64,000 nucleotides of DNA from Selaginella moellendorffii (Eukaryota; Plantae; Lycopodiophyta): assembly GCF_000143415.4 (NCBI RefSeq), contig NW_003314300.1, forward strand, positions 1,223,014-1,287,013, in the 5' to 3' direction. Positions 1-13,552 of the stretch are shown here, in pieces; position 1 is the stretch's first letter; every line of letters begins with the position of its first letter. A program made the position numbers and the translations under genes. Below the pieces are notes generated by a model. That model was not told where the DNA came from and searched no databases. It was given only the letters and a program-made list of their open reading frames with translations.

Positions 1-794
1 CCGCAGTTGACGTGGAGGAAACACGAGAAGGCGGAGACAGTGGGGAACTGGAAGTGCAAGGTGTATGACATGCAAAACGTGTCCGTTAGTATCAGATCTA
101 GAAAGGTGCTGGGGGCAGTGGAGGAAGACGAAGAAGAGGAAACTTTAGATTATGCCAACTTGCTAACGGAGGAGGAGAAACATCAGCTGGAGATGGTTTT
201 GAGTGGCGATTGCGAGAACTTAGAAGAACAGAAAGAGAACTCGGCTTGTGTCAATGGTCGAGGTGGGAGGCCGAAAGCCGAAAAGTCCAGGCCTATAAGC
301 GGTAAGGAAGAGGACGATTCCAAAAAGTCTAGCGCAAAGGAAGAGGAGAGCGAGTTCAAGAAGGGACTTAGACCCACTCTTTGGGTGACAGATAATTTTC
401 CTCTCAAGATCGAGGAGCTTCTTCCACTGCTTGACATTTTGTCAAGCAAAGTCAAGGCCGTCCGGAGGCTTAGAGAGTTGCTGACTACGAAACTGCCAGC
501 GGGAACTTTTCCTGTCAAGGTTCGCTTCTTTTTCTTTTTCTTTTTCTTTTTCCAGTCTTAAGTTTCATTGCGTGTCAACAGATGTCCATTCCGGTGGTGC
601 CGACGATTAGAGTCATCGTCACGTTTTCCAAGTTCCAAGAGCGGCACGCGATGCAGAACAACCTGAAACCCGAGCATACTGGATCCTGGTTTTCTTGGAT
701 GAAAAGTTCGAATCCTAGTTCCGAGCATGCGGACCCGTTCCTGGTTCCAGGCGATTATACGTGGAAGAAAGGGAAGCAAGTGATCGTCCCATAG
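1..794 (+). CDS. Ankyrin-repeat protein 13-like (GPCR-chaperone domain), 3' part; exons 1-519 and 582-794
   Basis: Motifs VGNWKCKVYDM, EFKKGLRPTLW, FPLKIEELLPLLDIL, TKLPAGTFPVK/IPVVPTIRVIVTF are typical of plant ANKRD13-like proteins; GT..AG intron at 520-581. Confidence 0.85.
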
Positions 795-2005
795 AAGAAT
801 GGTACGTGTAATGCATATGGTTTGGCTGAAACACTCCTGCGACTGTTTTATAGGTCGTTTTCAGGCACACTACTAATACATATATAAGAAATTGTAAATC
901 AGGTGAGAGATGTTTCGATTCCTTAAGTGAATACACAATTTTTTGGTAGACAAAATGAAAAACTGGCACCATCGACATAAGACTCTTGCCTGGAAGAGCC
1001 TAAGTTACCGCAATGCTTTCTTGGATTGCAGAGTTGACGTTACGCTCATCTCAGTTTAATGGCTTCAGTTCGAAAACTAGACCACTAACAGGTATCCTTA
1101 CTTCATTTTTACTGTTCTCATATCTTTGCTGGTTTGAATGATATACAGGATGATGATGGCGAAGAAAGTGTTGCCGTTCCCTGGAAGTTTTGCTGTACTC
1201 GAGTAACGTAAGTAATTAGAGCATCGAGACTATAGATGTAGGTTCGTTCGTCAGCCTTTTAAGTAGACCTTTATATATTATCTTTCAGATCTCCGCAGTA
1301 CTTCCTCGCCAAACTTTTCTGGTTGCGGTTGGAAACACCGAGAAGCAAATGACGGAGCTTCACCCTTTTTCCTCTTCGCCTCGTAAGTGCATTGTCTTTA
1401 AGTGAAACTCTTATAACTGCTGGAAATTTTGTCCTCCTAGATCTCTTCCGGAAATTCTCTGCTCGAGCTGACAGGCCAATAAAAAAAGCATGGAACAGAA
1501 AAAGAAAGCAAATCCAAGCAACAAGCAGCTCGCTCTCAGATGCCCAGCAACAGACAGAATTTGTCCATTTAAACAGGCACGCACCAAACATCCTGCCCCA
1601 CGGATTTCGCTCTCATCTTCTCATAATGCGTGTCTCTTTTTTTTCTTCCTTTTCCACTGTAGCCGGACGAACAAAAGGCCCGACTTACATGAGAGTCTTC
1701 ATGTTCATCGTAAGCGATGCATCACCTGCGCACCCAAGGTATGTATGATCCCCTTTGTTTAATCGTATCTATCCGTTATCTAATCCAGGAAAACAAATAA
1801 TTCGACTCGATCTCCTTGGCAGCGGCTTTCTCTATCTGTAAACATCGAGATCGTCTCGAAAGGCTGGCCGGCTGGCCCTTGGTTCATTAAAATTCCAACC
1901 TGAAACGCACCAACATCATGATTGCGCGCCTCGGAGCTTATTTTTTTGTCTAGCCAGCCACCGCCACAGCGAGCCGACGAAATGATCCGATCCATCGCGG
2001 TTTGT

Positions 2006-2121
2006 GCTTTCTCATCTTTTCCCACTGTAAGTGTCACTCGCAAACTCAAGAACTTCGATGCTTTCTCATCTTTTCCCACTGTAAGTGTCACTCGCAAACC
2101 CAAGAACTTCGATGCTTTCTC
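2006..2121. repeat. 54-bp tandem duplication (2 copies plus a partial third)
   Basis: gctttctcatcttttcccactgtaagtgtcactcgcaaac.caagaacttcgat starts at 2006 and 2060; a third copy starts at 2114. Confidence 0.95.
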
Positions 2122-3091
2122 TAACACTTCTTTTTCTTGTTTTTGGTATATAGTGAACTTGACAATGTGAATGCCATGGAATCAAAATGGTGGTGCCACC
2201 ATTTTGCTCGGCCATCCATGGTTAATATCCAAGAGCTCTGATTGACAAAAGATTCTTGGATTGGAATCTCGTGCTCGGGAACAGGGCTTGTACACTCGTC
2301 CAACACATTGACCACAGAAAAGCATTGTGTGGGTGTTAAGAAACCGCAACGTTAGAGTCAAGTTCCTCATTTATCAGGAGTGAGTGATGGAGGAGAAAAT
2401 TCTAAACAAACCAACGCCAACTCGATCAATCAATATTTTGAGAGGGTGGTAAGAAGCACCATACTTCTCTAAGGTACTTGGGATCTCATCAAATCTCCTT
2501 GTACTTTGTATGGTATGATTTTTTATATATATTTTTTTCCTTTTACATCTTTAACTTGGGTTGGAGCTTTGCGTTTGGGTCCCTTGTTTCTGACACGACT
2601 CAGCACGGAAACAACTCAAGAACACACTCATGAAAAGCAAGAGAGCATTCGTATACACAAGAAGAGAGACTAGATCTTGCATTGTCCAGCCTGCCTTCTC
2701 GACTTAAAAAGAGGGAAGTAAAAATGGAAACTTTGATCCTTGATCGGACTCAAACACTCTGGAAAAGAAAAGTTGCGAGCTCGCGAAGAACGTGTCCCGG
2801 AGCCCTTTTCTCTCCATGGAGCCGGAGCCTTCGCGTTGAGTCGTAATCTGCATGGGAAATAGCGAAATCCTACACATCAAGCTCGGAATCAAAAGTTCCT
2901 CCTATAGCTACACAATAAGTAAAGATGAAACAAGCAGGAGAGAAAAAAAAAAAAGAATGGAAGGAAAAAAGGAACCGAGGAGAGGACCTCCGCAAAAAGT
3001 TGTAGAGCCTCGAGAAGAAGTCACTGCAACTTTCCTTCTCTCCACCTCGTGTCCATTTACAGCACCACCACCATCGCCAGGAAACTCTGGA

Positions 3092-4312
3092 TCAAATCGG
3101 ATCACACGTCTGCGACGAGCACAAAGATCCCAACCGCAGCGACAAATCCAACTGAAACAGCCCCCCGCCGCCGCCACCACCTCCGCCACCTCCGCCACCG
3201 CCACTCCGCTCTCCATCCCTCGCCAAATCTTCCAAGTTCGTAGCCGTGGTACTCTGCTTGTGAGCCGTGGTGGTGGCGGTGGTGGTGGCATTGTCCTCGG
3301 CCACTGCCACATGAACGTTCTGATAAAAGCTCCGCGGCCACTTGCCGCCCGGAAGATCCTCGTCGAGGAAGCTTGCTCCAAATCCCCTGCCCCCTCCAAC
3401 CAGATCCTCAAACCGAGCACCGCTCCTCATCCCTCCTCCTCCTCCTCCTCCGCCCAGATACTTCCCCACCGCCGGCTGCAATGAGATCGAGGCTGGTCGC
3501 AGCCATCCGTGGTGCCCGGTCGGGAGAGCCGGCGCTGGGCTTCCCCCGCCGCCACCATTCGCCGATCGCACAGCGTTCTCGATCAGCGTGGTGGCGGTGA
3601 GATGCGCGGCCGAGTGGGCTTTCACCCCGAGATTCCTGTCGAGGGAGCTGGCCCCGGAGCCCAGGATGGGCGAGTGGATGTGGCGGTAGGCCTGCGCGAG
3701 GCTGTGAGATCGCTGCGCTTGCCTCGCCGCGGTGCGCTCCCTCTTGTGGGCGTTTTGGTGGCCGCCCAGCGCTTGCGAGCTCGTGAACTTGCGCTGGCAA
3801 TACGGGCAAGGGAAGACCCGCGGCTCGGACGCCTGGCCGCCGAAAGCCGTCGGCGAGGAATCGAGAGATGGAGGAGGAACTGAGATCATCCCTCCTCCTA
3901 CCAAGCCTTGATGGTGATGATCGTGAGGAGGAGCCGGCCTCTTGGCACTGTCGAAGAGAGGAGGGCTCGACATCCAATCCCGGCTGCTGCATTCCACGTC
4001 CCCGGAGGCGCTGGGCTTGGATTGATTGGTGCCGCTGCAAGAATCCAAATCTTTGGGCGATTCCTGGAATTTGGGATGATCCCGCGTCCAGCAGCTCTCG
4101 TCGGGCTTGACCTCCAAAAGAATGGCCTGGCCGGGCGAGAGGATGGGGTGAGAGCCAAAGCGAGCGAGAGGAAGATCGTCCCCTTCCTCCTGGTGGAGTC
4201 TTTTCGTCTGGAAATCACCAATGCTCAAGCTCAGATCCAAAGCTGACCTCTTGAATCGCCGCGATGCATCGTCTTGGCCGCCCCAGGCGTGGCTCAGCTC
4301 CGTTGTTGACAT
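3092..4312 (-). CDS. Single-finger C2H2 (QALGGH) zinc-finger transcriptional repressor, ZFP/SUPERMAN-like, with EAR motifs
   Basis: 406-aa intronless ORF; [27 protein letters not shown]; C-terminal LDLSLRL and N-terminal LDLSLSI. Confidence 0.93.
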   Translation of the reverse strand: MSTTELSHAWGGQDDASRRFKRSALDLSLSIGDFQTKRLHQEEGDDLPLARFGSHPILSPGQAILLEVKPDESCWTRDHPKFQESPKDLDSCSGTNQSKPSASGDVECSSRDWMSSPPLFDSAKRPAPPHDHHHQGLVGGGMISVPPPSLDSSPTAFGGQASEPRVFPCPYCQRKFTSSQALGGHQNAHKRERTAARQAQRSHSLAQAYRHIHSPILGSGASSLDRNLGVKAHSAAHLTATTLIENAVRSANGGGGGSPAPALPTGHHGWLRPASISLQPAVGKYLGGGGGGGGMRSGARFEDLVGGGRGFGASFLDEDLPGGKWPRSFYQNVHVAVAEDNATTTATTTAHKQSTTATNLEDLARDGERSGGGGGGGGGGGGGGLFQLDLSLRLGSLCSSQTCDPI

Positions 4313-6177
4313 CGAGCTCTCGCCGCGCGAGCGAAGCTATTGCCGCCGACAAAGACCCTTCCCCCTCTCTTGCGAAATCTCTTTCTTCTTCTTCTTCTTC
4401 TTCGTCTTCTTCTTCGTCACAGCCTTGGAATCCAAGCCAAGCGATGCGATCTTTCTTCCTTCCAGCCCCGAAATATCGCAACTATCTAGCGCCACGGATC
4501 GATTAGCGTCGCGGCCGCGGCAAAGAAAGGAATCGATCTATCTAATCCGAGGCTCCTCGCGACGAATCTTGATCTGGCCAGAATTTGCCGCCGCGGACGA
4601 GGAGTGGAATGGATTGGAAGGGAGGAGAGATTATAGCGAAGATCGAGAGAGAAAGCAAAGAAATGGAAGCGCTACACACTACCACTCCGCCAAGGGTTCA
4701 AGAAGATGGGTTTTCTCTAGCCGTACAAATTTGGGGCTAGACTGGCCCAAACGCCAGTTGTGGACCGCTAGAAGTGAGAATGCGCACGGACAGTTCAGCG
4801 CGGCGCGGCACCGTTAGATCGCTGGGCATTGACGGCAGGGAAGCGCGAAGCGTGGCGCGACCGCAGGGGGTCTTCATAGGATGGGCCGTGGGTTCTATTT
4901 TACTGGACAAGACCACTACAAATACACATGATACACACAAAACCAAAGGGATGGAAATTTTCACATTCATTGATTAAAATCGCACATAGAATAATGATAG
5001 AGTTGCTAATAACGGCTGAATGGCCGTTTTGTCACTGTTGTCTTCTCCCTTGAAAGACTTTTTGAAAGATCGGGGGATTGCCGATTGCCAGCCAGTTTAA
5101 TTTAAAACTGTGCAAGAATAAGAAAAACCAAACCCCACTAAACGTGTCAGTTAAGTTAATTTTCAAACAACTAGAAACCAAACCCGGTGTACATTTCGAT
5201 ATTCTTTCCCAGGTGCGTGTATGTAAGTCTTTAGGGCAACCCCACCCACCCCACCACCTTTTCCAGGAGAGAACTTCCAAGTAACTTGTGTAGCTATAGC
5301 TAGGGCAATTTGTACTACGGCGAAGTTGCCCCTTGGAGACAATGATGTGAAGTGTTGTCTCATGCAAACCAAAGCACAACAATTTGAGGAAGAGAAGAAG
5401 AAGATTCCCCCCACATTTTGCACCCTTAGATTAGACCCACTTTAGGGCTTAAAAGGTGGGTGATTAGAGGTAAAGCACGAGGGAATGATTAGGCTAATCA
5501 AGGCCCTTGTTGTATCTAGTGAGTGCGCATGGAAGACTTTGGAGGAGAGAGAGAACTTTTGCTCGCTTAAGACAGGACCGTATGGAATTAAATTCATTTC
5601 TTTGGAGGCTTTGCTCGCTGTAGCGGGCAAGGGCCCCCCTTTGAAGGGTCGTATACCTGTCCAGTGTTCCTCTTGTGTGTTTCTGTGTGATCTCTTTTGA
5701 ATGACGAGATGGCACAACATGGATACCTCTGTCTCGTTTAGCCAGTTGCAATGTCCCAGCAGAGCCAAGTTGATCGATCTGTAGAAAAAAGGGCCGCCAT
5801 TGAAACCAAAAAGGAGGAAACTGTGTTAAGCTACTGCTCCTACGTAATCTCAAGTACCTCTGTCGTCTATACGACTGTAATTGTGATTAGAATCAGTAAA
5901 CAAGTGCTGAGACTGGTGGATGCAAAAGTGCACTGTTAAGAGCCTAGGAAGAAAGGATTGCATAGTGATCTTTTAAGTTATATAGTGATAGCAAAGTTTG
6001 TAGGTGAGGAACGAGCAAGCCGAAGCTTCCTGAAAGAAAGGGAAGATCAACAGGAGATTCTTATGACTTCCACTATGCAACACGAGGGGTTTGGAATTAG
6101 ATGACCTTCCACCCCACTAGAAATATAGTTTTCTTTTGGATACATGATCTTTCGTTTGCATTTTACAATTGGTGATG

Positions 6178-6277
6178 NNNNNNNNNNNNNNNNNNNNNNN
6201 NNNNNNNNNNNNNNNNNNNNNNNNNNNNNNNNNNNNNNNNNNNNNNNNNNNNNNNNNNNNNNNNNNNNNNNNNNNNN
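6178..6277. other. Assembly gap (100 N)
   Basis: Run of 100 N. Confidence 1.
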
Positions 6278-9200
6278 TTTGTTTACTTGGCTTTTTTTCG
6301 TGAAGTGTGTGGAGGTGGGGTCGTCTTGCTCTTGTGTCCAAGTACACGAAGTTGCATTGATGGGAAAGTATAAGATATTTAATCTCTTTGCTTGGGCTTT
6401 TAACATTTAGAAGTTGGGTAGCGGATCTCTTTGTGCAAGATTCGACTTCTCTCGCCCTCTCGATCGCATGAAAAGGAGGTTTTAAGTTTAAATCCAGGAC
6501 ACCCACGGGTCGCCACCACCTCCACCACGTTTGGGAAAACAAATCAAGCTCTCTATTCAAAGGAAGATTCTTCCTCTAGAGCTTGATTTGAAGTAAAAAC
6601 AATGGCCCCCAACCCCACAATCCCCACCATGCTGATTGAATCATTCCTCTTGTCTTGCACTGCAGCATGTACCACTAGCAACAACAGCACAAAAACAACT
6701 GATATGGAAACTGGAATCAAAATGACAACTGACATTATGGTCTTGGTCATGCATGTTCAACAGAAACTTAGTGATTTTGTTCCCAGTAATTATGTTTCAT
6801 TAGATTGAGAAATGGGCTACATTATGAAGGGTGGTTTTCAACACCCTCTTGGGTATGGTATGGTACACACCATCAGTGTGTGGAGGCTATTACCTAGTAC
6901 TAGGTAGGCCTACCTTGATGTGCATGCAAAGGTATAGGAAAATAAAAAATAATTGAATAAAGAAAATTAAGCTGGCTAGAAGCATTAAGAAACAACATCT
7001 GCTCTTCCCCACAAAACAGTCACAGTCAGTCAGGAAAGATAGTTTGAGTGTTGTTAGGACTTGGTGTCTGATCCTACTTTATTAAGCACTGATTTTAATT
7101 TCCTGGGTTCTTAAGAAGCTCGCTAGTACATATAGGTAAGGGTGGCAGAACTGCCTGGCACATTTGCCTGCCACACTACTGACCACTGTGCTCCATGACT
7201 GTACTGTACTGAAGGCACTGCACTGCCTGCTGTCCAATTTTTACATGGATTTGATTGAGACAACCCAATTTCTCCTCCATCCACTTCACTTCTTTTTCTT
7301 TGTCCACCTCTGTTGAAAAGTTTTAGGTCATTCTCGCTGGCTTTGCTTGGTTGCTGCACTCTGCTGCACTCTGCAACTGCAACTGCAACTGCATTGCCTT
7401 CCCTTAGATCTCCATCCACATCATAGCATACACATGCAAGCCTCTCACATATACATGCATTATAAAATACAGTTGAGTACTTCCAGCAAGTTCAGGAGAA
7501 AGGCAGTGTATTCTTTTGAATTCTACTTGATTATTTCTTAAAGATGGCAAACGAGTACAACGAAATTCACTATTGTATTGCTGTCATAAAAATTAAGCTA
7601 TGCCATGAAAACCAAGACAAACCATGTGGGCCGACTTAATGATCGTAGCCGTATACGAGTAGCCATCTAGGTGTATATGGACTGCTCGTATGTGCCACAA
7701 TAGATCGTATTGAAGTGCGGTCAAAGCAAGTAAATCTAAAGGTGAAAGTGAAAACCCCTCCCCGCACTCGTAGCGTTTACCATATTTACTTTCCTGTCTA
7801 TGTATAGCTACAGTATACAAAAGTATGATCGGGGGCTCGGCACGAGCGGTGATTACGTCACATTTGCTAAAATCGAACACCTCTTAATCCCAGGCATTAT
7901 GTTTGACAAAGATCTTATGTCACGCAATTCCCCTCACAATCTTCACAAAGTTGACGCCGTCTCGATTACATTTTTTCGCTTCTTTTCGTAAAGCTCTTGA
8001 GTTCCCAAGGGCCATAGCCTCTAATGATGGTGTAGTTCTATGTCTATCTATCTGTCTATCTTGTTGATCTCATTGGACATAGCTCGCTCTTCTTTTGAGA
8101 CGTTTTTATTTTGCGCTCTCGTCCGTCCCGTGCTTGTTTGTTTGTGTGGGTATGTGTGTTGAGGGAAAGAACAACAAAAGTTTCACGGAAACCCGAGTCA
8201 GGTTTCCCACAGCATCATTTTGCTTCAGCTGCTTGCTGATACCATGCTGATGCAATCCATCAATCACTCCAGAGAGGAGACGCCTTCAATTCTCTCAGAC
8301 TTGAGTTCAGACTCACACACACACACACACAACTCACCCACACAGATGCAAGAAATTATATGCCAACCAAAGAGAGACCAAACCTCAAACAAGTAGCAAA
8401 TCAACAAGAAAGATCTCTCCCTCTGAAGGCACAGACAAGACACTGGACTGGGTACCAAAAAGGAGTACCCATCTCCCCATGCTCTTCTAATTTGATATGT
8501 TTTTTTTATTCTGCCATTGCACCAGGCCGTCTGCCTGGTGAGGTGATTCTTCTTTTTGGCCTGCAGAAGTTGGAACTGAACCAATTTGATGATGGCTTTT
8601 CTTTTTGGGCTTGCTAAGTTGCAGCCAACTTTGGCTGCATTCATGCACATATATGTGTGCTCCCCTGTTCTTGGGCCATACTGCCAGGTGCCAGCCCAAG
8701 TGGAACAGATCTTGACATAGTGAGGTTGCAAAAGTACAGCGCTGTACTCAGGAGTGTTGCCTTTCGTTCCTGTTTTTGACCCGCACAAAACCTGCTGGTT
8801 TTCATCGCACATCATGCTTTGGCTGGTGTTACGTTGATTGATTGAAGCATTTTACCGGAAACGGCGTGTCGCGTACCTTTTCAAAGCAAGTTCTTTGGAT
8901 TGGAACTGTTGATGGAATTTTTTAGAGCCCCTCATAAGGCGAGACGTGAGCATGACCGCAACCTATCTCTCTGCAATCCACAGCATGACAACGCAAACTC
9001 ATTAGCAAGGTAAACGATTTCCAGAGAATCAAGCAGCTGCAGGAGAGCGCACGATCCTTATATCCACAATCAGAGTTCAACATGTGATTCAATGCTTTTT
9101 TTCGGCAAGGGACGAATGGACTAGAAAACAAGCAGGCCGGGGGAGACGAACGAAAAATAGAAACGGGGTGCTATGGTAGCAATCCCGCTCCATGATCCGG

Positions 9201-9400
9201 TATCTCAGTCTTAAAGCAAATAAAACAAAACCAGTGCAAGAAGAAAAAACGGAGAGGATTGTCTACCTTACCAATCAAACCTGATAAATGAAGCCCGAAG
9301 TGGTAGAAGTAACTAGAGGCAACGAACATGTTTGGCACTTCCTAACGTTGTGGACGATTTACTGATCAGCAAGCTGATGTTGTTATGATTCTGTCGATTT

Positions 9401-10430
9401 TTAACTCCTTTTATGATGGTACATGGATGCGCGCAGAGCTTGAATATCCTTAGCTGTTCCTGCGAGGACGTTGTCCACGTACAGGCATATGGCTGCGAGG
9501 CTGTCAGTTAACAAGTCGGTTGACGCGTAAGTCCAAAGCCAGATTAAAAGCGATCTTAAAAAATGAATACCTCGGTGTACCGAAAGGAAGCCACAGCATT
9601 TGGAACTGGAAGTGGAGCTTTTGCGATCTGGGAATCAACAACCATCAAAGAAAGGAAGGCACGAATATATGAAAGCGAGCTGCAAGAGAGTGGCACTTCA
9701 CCTTAGAAGATTGGAAATCCAAAACAATGACAGGAAAAGACCGGCCATCATCGATGCCACGAGCAAATGCCGATGCCACTTTGCTGACGATAAGACACCC
9801 ACCACAATGGCAATACAGGTCATTGCTTCAGCCAAGTCTGCCAGCAGCAAGGAGGAAAAGCTTGCCAAAAATGAATAAACAAAAAGCGAGCAATCGATTT
9901 GAGCTTACCCCCACAAACGATCTGACGTGAGTTTAATGTCCCAGAGAACACAGCGTGGTACTTCTGGAGAGAGTCATGGGGTCATGGACGTCAAAGCAAG
10001 AACAGAAAAAAAAAAAAAAACAGAAGAAGAAAAAAAAACGAGTAAGTTTTCACTTACAGTGCTCCATGGATCTACGGCCTGTTGGTGGGCCGAGTAAAAG
10101 AAGAATAAAGCACACGTAGCTGCAAAGGCTGCAAAAATCCCCTGGAACAAAAAGTTTATTAAGTGTCATAGCATTCGACGAGCCAAAGAGAGAAGGAAAA
10201 AAGGAGGACAAGCGTACCCGCCACAGCGCGTTTTGATATTTGTCTCGCTTCTCAAAAGAGTCCACTAGAGCTTCTTGTTCTAGAACAATCTCACACTGGA
10301 AAAAGCCTCACTTTTACGAGCTACACGTACCCTGTGTGTCGAGGATTTGAGAATCTGGAGCGTCCTGGCGAGCCGTGGGTAGCGCATCGCCAGCGCCATC
10401 GTTGCTCCATCGCCATCGCCTCCACGACAT
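9401..10430 (-). CDS. Conserved uncharacterised plant multi-pass membrane protein, 7 exons (not recovered as one ORF by the track)
   Basis: Manual splicing at GT..AG sites gives MSWRRW...ILDTQ/EQEALVDSFEKRDKYQNALWR/GIFAAFAATCALFFFYSAHQQAVDPWST/KYHAVF.../DLAEAMTCIAIVVGVL...LFWISNLLR/..MLWLPFGTP/SLAAICLYVDNVLAG...MYHHKRS*; PW-x-(R/K)YHA, WLPFG and ICLYVD match a family recalled from seed plants. Confidence 0.8.
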
Positions 10431-10665
10431 TTTCAAACCCTAGAACGAAGAAAATAAAGGAATAAGAGATCTCGGAAGGACGAAAATCTCCTGGAAGCGA
10501 CGCGCTCTAGATCGAGCAAGGATCTGATTCTAGAACAAGGAGATCTACGTGGATGGCCATCGCTCATCGGCTAGAAGACGTTCTAGAACCCTACCCCAGA
10601 ACAGGGGCAAGAAGAGCGGGAATTTTAAATTTTGGGGTTTTTTCGGGAGTTTTTTCTTGGTGGCT
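10431..10665. promoter_or_regulatory. 235-bp bidirectional promoter with telo-box
   Basis: Divergent ATGs at 10430 (-) and 10666 (+); AAACCCTA at ~10435. Confidence 0.6.
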
Positions 10666-12124
10666 ATGGCGCTGGCGAGCTCCGAGGCCTGGAAGACGTG
10701 CGCTCGCTTGGATTTTGAGGATATCCCTGATTGCTCATCGCATTCGAAGCCGCGCGTCTCTAGCGAGGCGAGGGAAATGTTCGAGGTCGATCAGCACCAA
10801 GAAGTTGATGCTCTTGAGGTAAGAAATCGTCCATATGCTTGATTTTGACAATGCCGCTTTAGAAATCGCTGGCACGGAGGTTTCTTACCGATTTGGCGAA
10901 AGGAGGGTTCGACTCTGGTGCTTCTTTCGGTATGGATTTTTTTTCTCTTTCTTATGGAGCCTCCGATCGAATAAATTTTTATTAGAAAGCTTACAATCGG
11001 AGGTGATGGGCATGAACAACGGGAATGGCTCGACTATCAGTGAGATCAAGAATTTGATACAAACGATCACCAGAGGTTTTTTCTTTGCATTCCTCTTTTT
11101 TATGGTTTTTTTCTTCATAGACCAACTCTTACACACATGTGTAGATGCGAGGGCCATGGAGACACTTCTGAGCTCTACAGAAAACTCCCTCGATAGTTGC
11201 GAACTCAATGTAAGAAAAAATACTCTACTTGTCTCGAATTCATGCGTGTTTTCCAGATGAAAGACTACAAAAATAATCGGCTGCTCGGGGTAAAGAAATT
11301 TCAAACTTATGGCTGAACTTTTCTTCCAGGACGCAGTCACGTACAGCTCTAAGTATGAACTGGAGAAGATGATGCTCAAGGATAGCATTGAAGATTGCCG
11401 TTCTGAGGTGAAGCAGGCGCTAGTTTTATTTTTTCTTCTTTGCTCAATCGTGGTTTCTTTCTTTTTTTTCTTTGTTTTTCTAAGGGTCTTCGGCTGGCAG
11501 AACAAATCGAGATGAAGCGGAGAGAACTCAAGCACCTTGAAAACGTAGCTAAGCTCAAGGACAGGTCCGTTTATACATTTTACTACATTTGTTTTCTTCT
11601 TTTTATGTTTCTATCATTTGTGATCACAGCTATCAGCAGGACAACAAAATTCTCGAGGCTTTGAAAGGCGTATCAGTGCTTGGCATCTCTAGCGGGCACA
11701 TAAGTCTCCAGCTTCGGACGTACCTTCCAGATTCAAGCAACGAGTCCTTCAAACTGAGAGACGACGCTAAGAAAATACCCGACTGCGCGATCCACGAACT
11801 CAATATCGTCTTCAACGCAGCAACACTCTCCATTGCGGAAGCCGAGGTAAAACCCGAGCTTTTCAACGTCTCTTACATGCTTTTTCTTGCTTTTGCAGCT
11901 CAAACCCAAGGATGTGGAGATCAGTGAAATCGTCTCGGCTGTGCAAGAAGATGGGTACGTAGTAGTAGTAGTAGTAGCAACCTTCTTGGAATTCATGAAA
12001 ATGGGATCACTCTTTTGACAGGGATTTCTTCGAGAAGGTGGCTTTCATCGTGAAAGAAGTCCAGAATCGTATTCGCTGGAGAAAGAGTGCGTCGTCGCGA
12101 TATCACAGTCGTAACAGAAGGTAG
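10666..12124 (+). CDS. Multi-exon coiled-coil + RWD-like protein, probable plant Zwint-1-like kinetochore protein
   Basis: About 10 short exons; coiled coil (LAEQIEMKRRELKHLE) followed by LKGVSVLGISSGHISLQLRTYLP...HELNI...IVKEVQNRI, resembling a conserved plant family recalled as Zwint-1-like; the functional label is inference. Confidence 0.6.
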
Positions 12125-12271
12125 CCTAGATTTCTAGGATGAGAACCATAGTAACTACATACTATGACATTATAGCTATCAAAAATTTCATTTCTTCCAA
12201 AGGTTTGTCCCCTCGAGAGAAAATGCTGTACAAGTGTCTCGTGACCTAGCTTAGTCTAGGGATGTGGCTTC

Positions 12272-13473
12272 ATGGCCATGGCGCATCGACTGGCGCGCTT
12301 GACGATTAGAGGTAAGATCGTCTCTACTCTCCCGGATTATGGGCGTAGTGGCTCCTGGTTTTCCAGAATTCGTCGCGAATCCTCGCCGCAATGCGGGTTT
12401 TTCTCCAGGAAATATTTCTTCCAGGAGCTGCCGCTGGATTCACTCGACTCGCTTCGTGAGATCCAGCGTTGCTCCATCGATTGGCGCTCGTGATCCAGAG
12501 GCAAGCTATGAGACGATCACTGCCGAGGTCGTGGAGAGCAAGAGCGTGGGTCTCTTGATGCTCAACAGGCCCCAGGTTCTCAATGCGCTCTCCGAGGTTT
12601 GCATGAGAGAGGTTGTCGCGGCCTTGAAAGGATTCGATGCCCTGCCAGAGGTAAGAAAGAATTTTTGCGACAACTGAGAGGAAAAATGATCTTGGCAGGT
12701 TGGAGCGATTGTCATCTCCGGTAAAGGCAAAGCGTTCGCTGCCGGCGTGGACATCAAAGAGCTCAAGAACAAGACTATGGTGGATTCATTTGTGAATCCT
12801 GTTCTTGATCAGTGGAACCAAGTTTCCAGGATTCGAAAGCCACTCATCGCTGCAGTGAACGGGTAAGCGATCATGCCTTTGTGCTCGCCAAAAGTAGAAT
12901 TATTTTCGTATGCTCTACCTTCCAGATATGCTCTTGGTGGTGGCTGCGAGCTTGCAATGATGTGTGATATCATCCTGGTGGGCGAGAAGGCCGTGTTTGG
13001 GCAGCCAGAGATTAAAATCGGGACGATCCCAGGCATGGGCGGAACCCAGCGCTTGATCCGAGAGGTCGGCAAGTCGCGAGCAATGGAGATGATACTCACG
13101 GGAGAGCGCTTCATGGATGCCAAAGAAGCGTGCCAACGAGGTCTCGCCAGCCGAGTGGTTAGTGAAGTTCTTCCTTCTTCTGGAGTTTTAGATCGAAGGA
13201 TCTCTAAATTCTTGTTCTGTGGAGTCGCAGATCGAAGGAACAAACGAGGAGCTCGTCGCCGAGGCAGTGGCGATGGCCAAGAACATCTCGGGCATGTCAC
13301 GCCCAGCGGTGATCATGGCCAAAGCGGCTGTGAATGCCGCGTATGAGAGCCATCTCGAGGAAGGCGTCAAGAGAGAGCAAGCGTTTTTTGGAGCAACGTT
13401 TGGCTTGGAAGATCGCAGCGAAGGAATGGCTGCTTTCTTCGAGAAAAGGAAGCCAAACTTCCAAAACAAATAG
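12272..13473 (+). CDS. Enoyl-CoA hydratase (crotonase, ECHS1-type), probably mitochondrial; 5 exons
   Basis: [74 protein letters not shown]; both catalytic Glu present; Arg/Ser-rich N-terminus [14 protein letters not shown]. Confidence 0.92.
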
Positions 13474-13552
13474 CTTAGTTGATCATAGAATATACCTTAT
13501 TTGAAAAATAATATTCGAGTAGCTTAGGTTTAGGGCTAGGGTTTATCACGCC

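Noticed and set aside
2852-4817. Many overlapping ORFs around the zinc-finger gene
   Set aside because: Shadow frames of a GC-rich CDS and trinucleotide repeats.
7152-7173. miR160-like sequence TGCCTGGC...TGCCA
   Set aside because: The central bases do not match and there is no extended precursor hairpin.
8620-8748. Cluster of short palindromes (gcagccaactttggctgc, agtacagcgctgtact)
   Set aside because: Too short to distinguish from chance; no recognisable RNA family.
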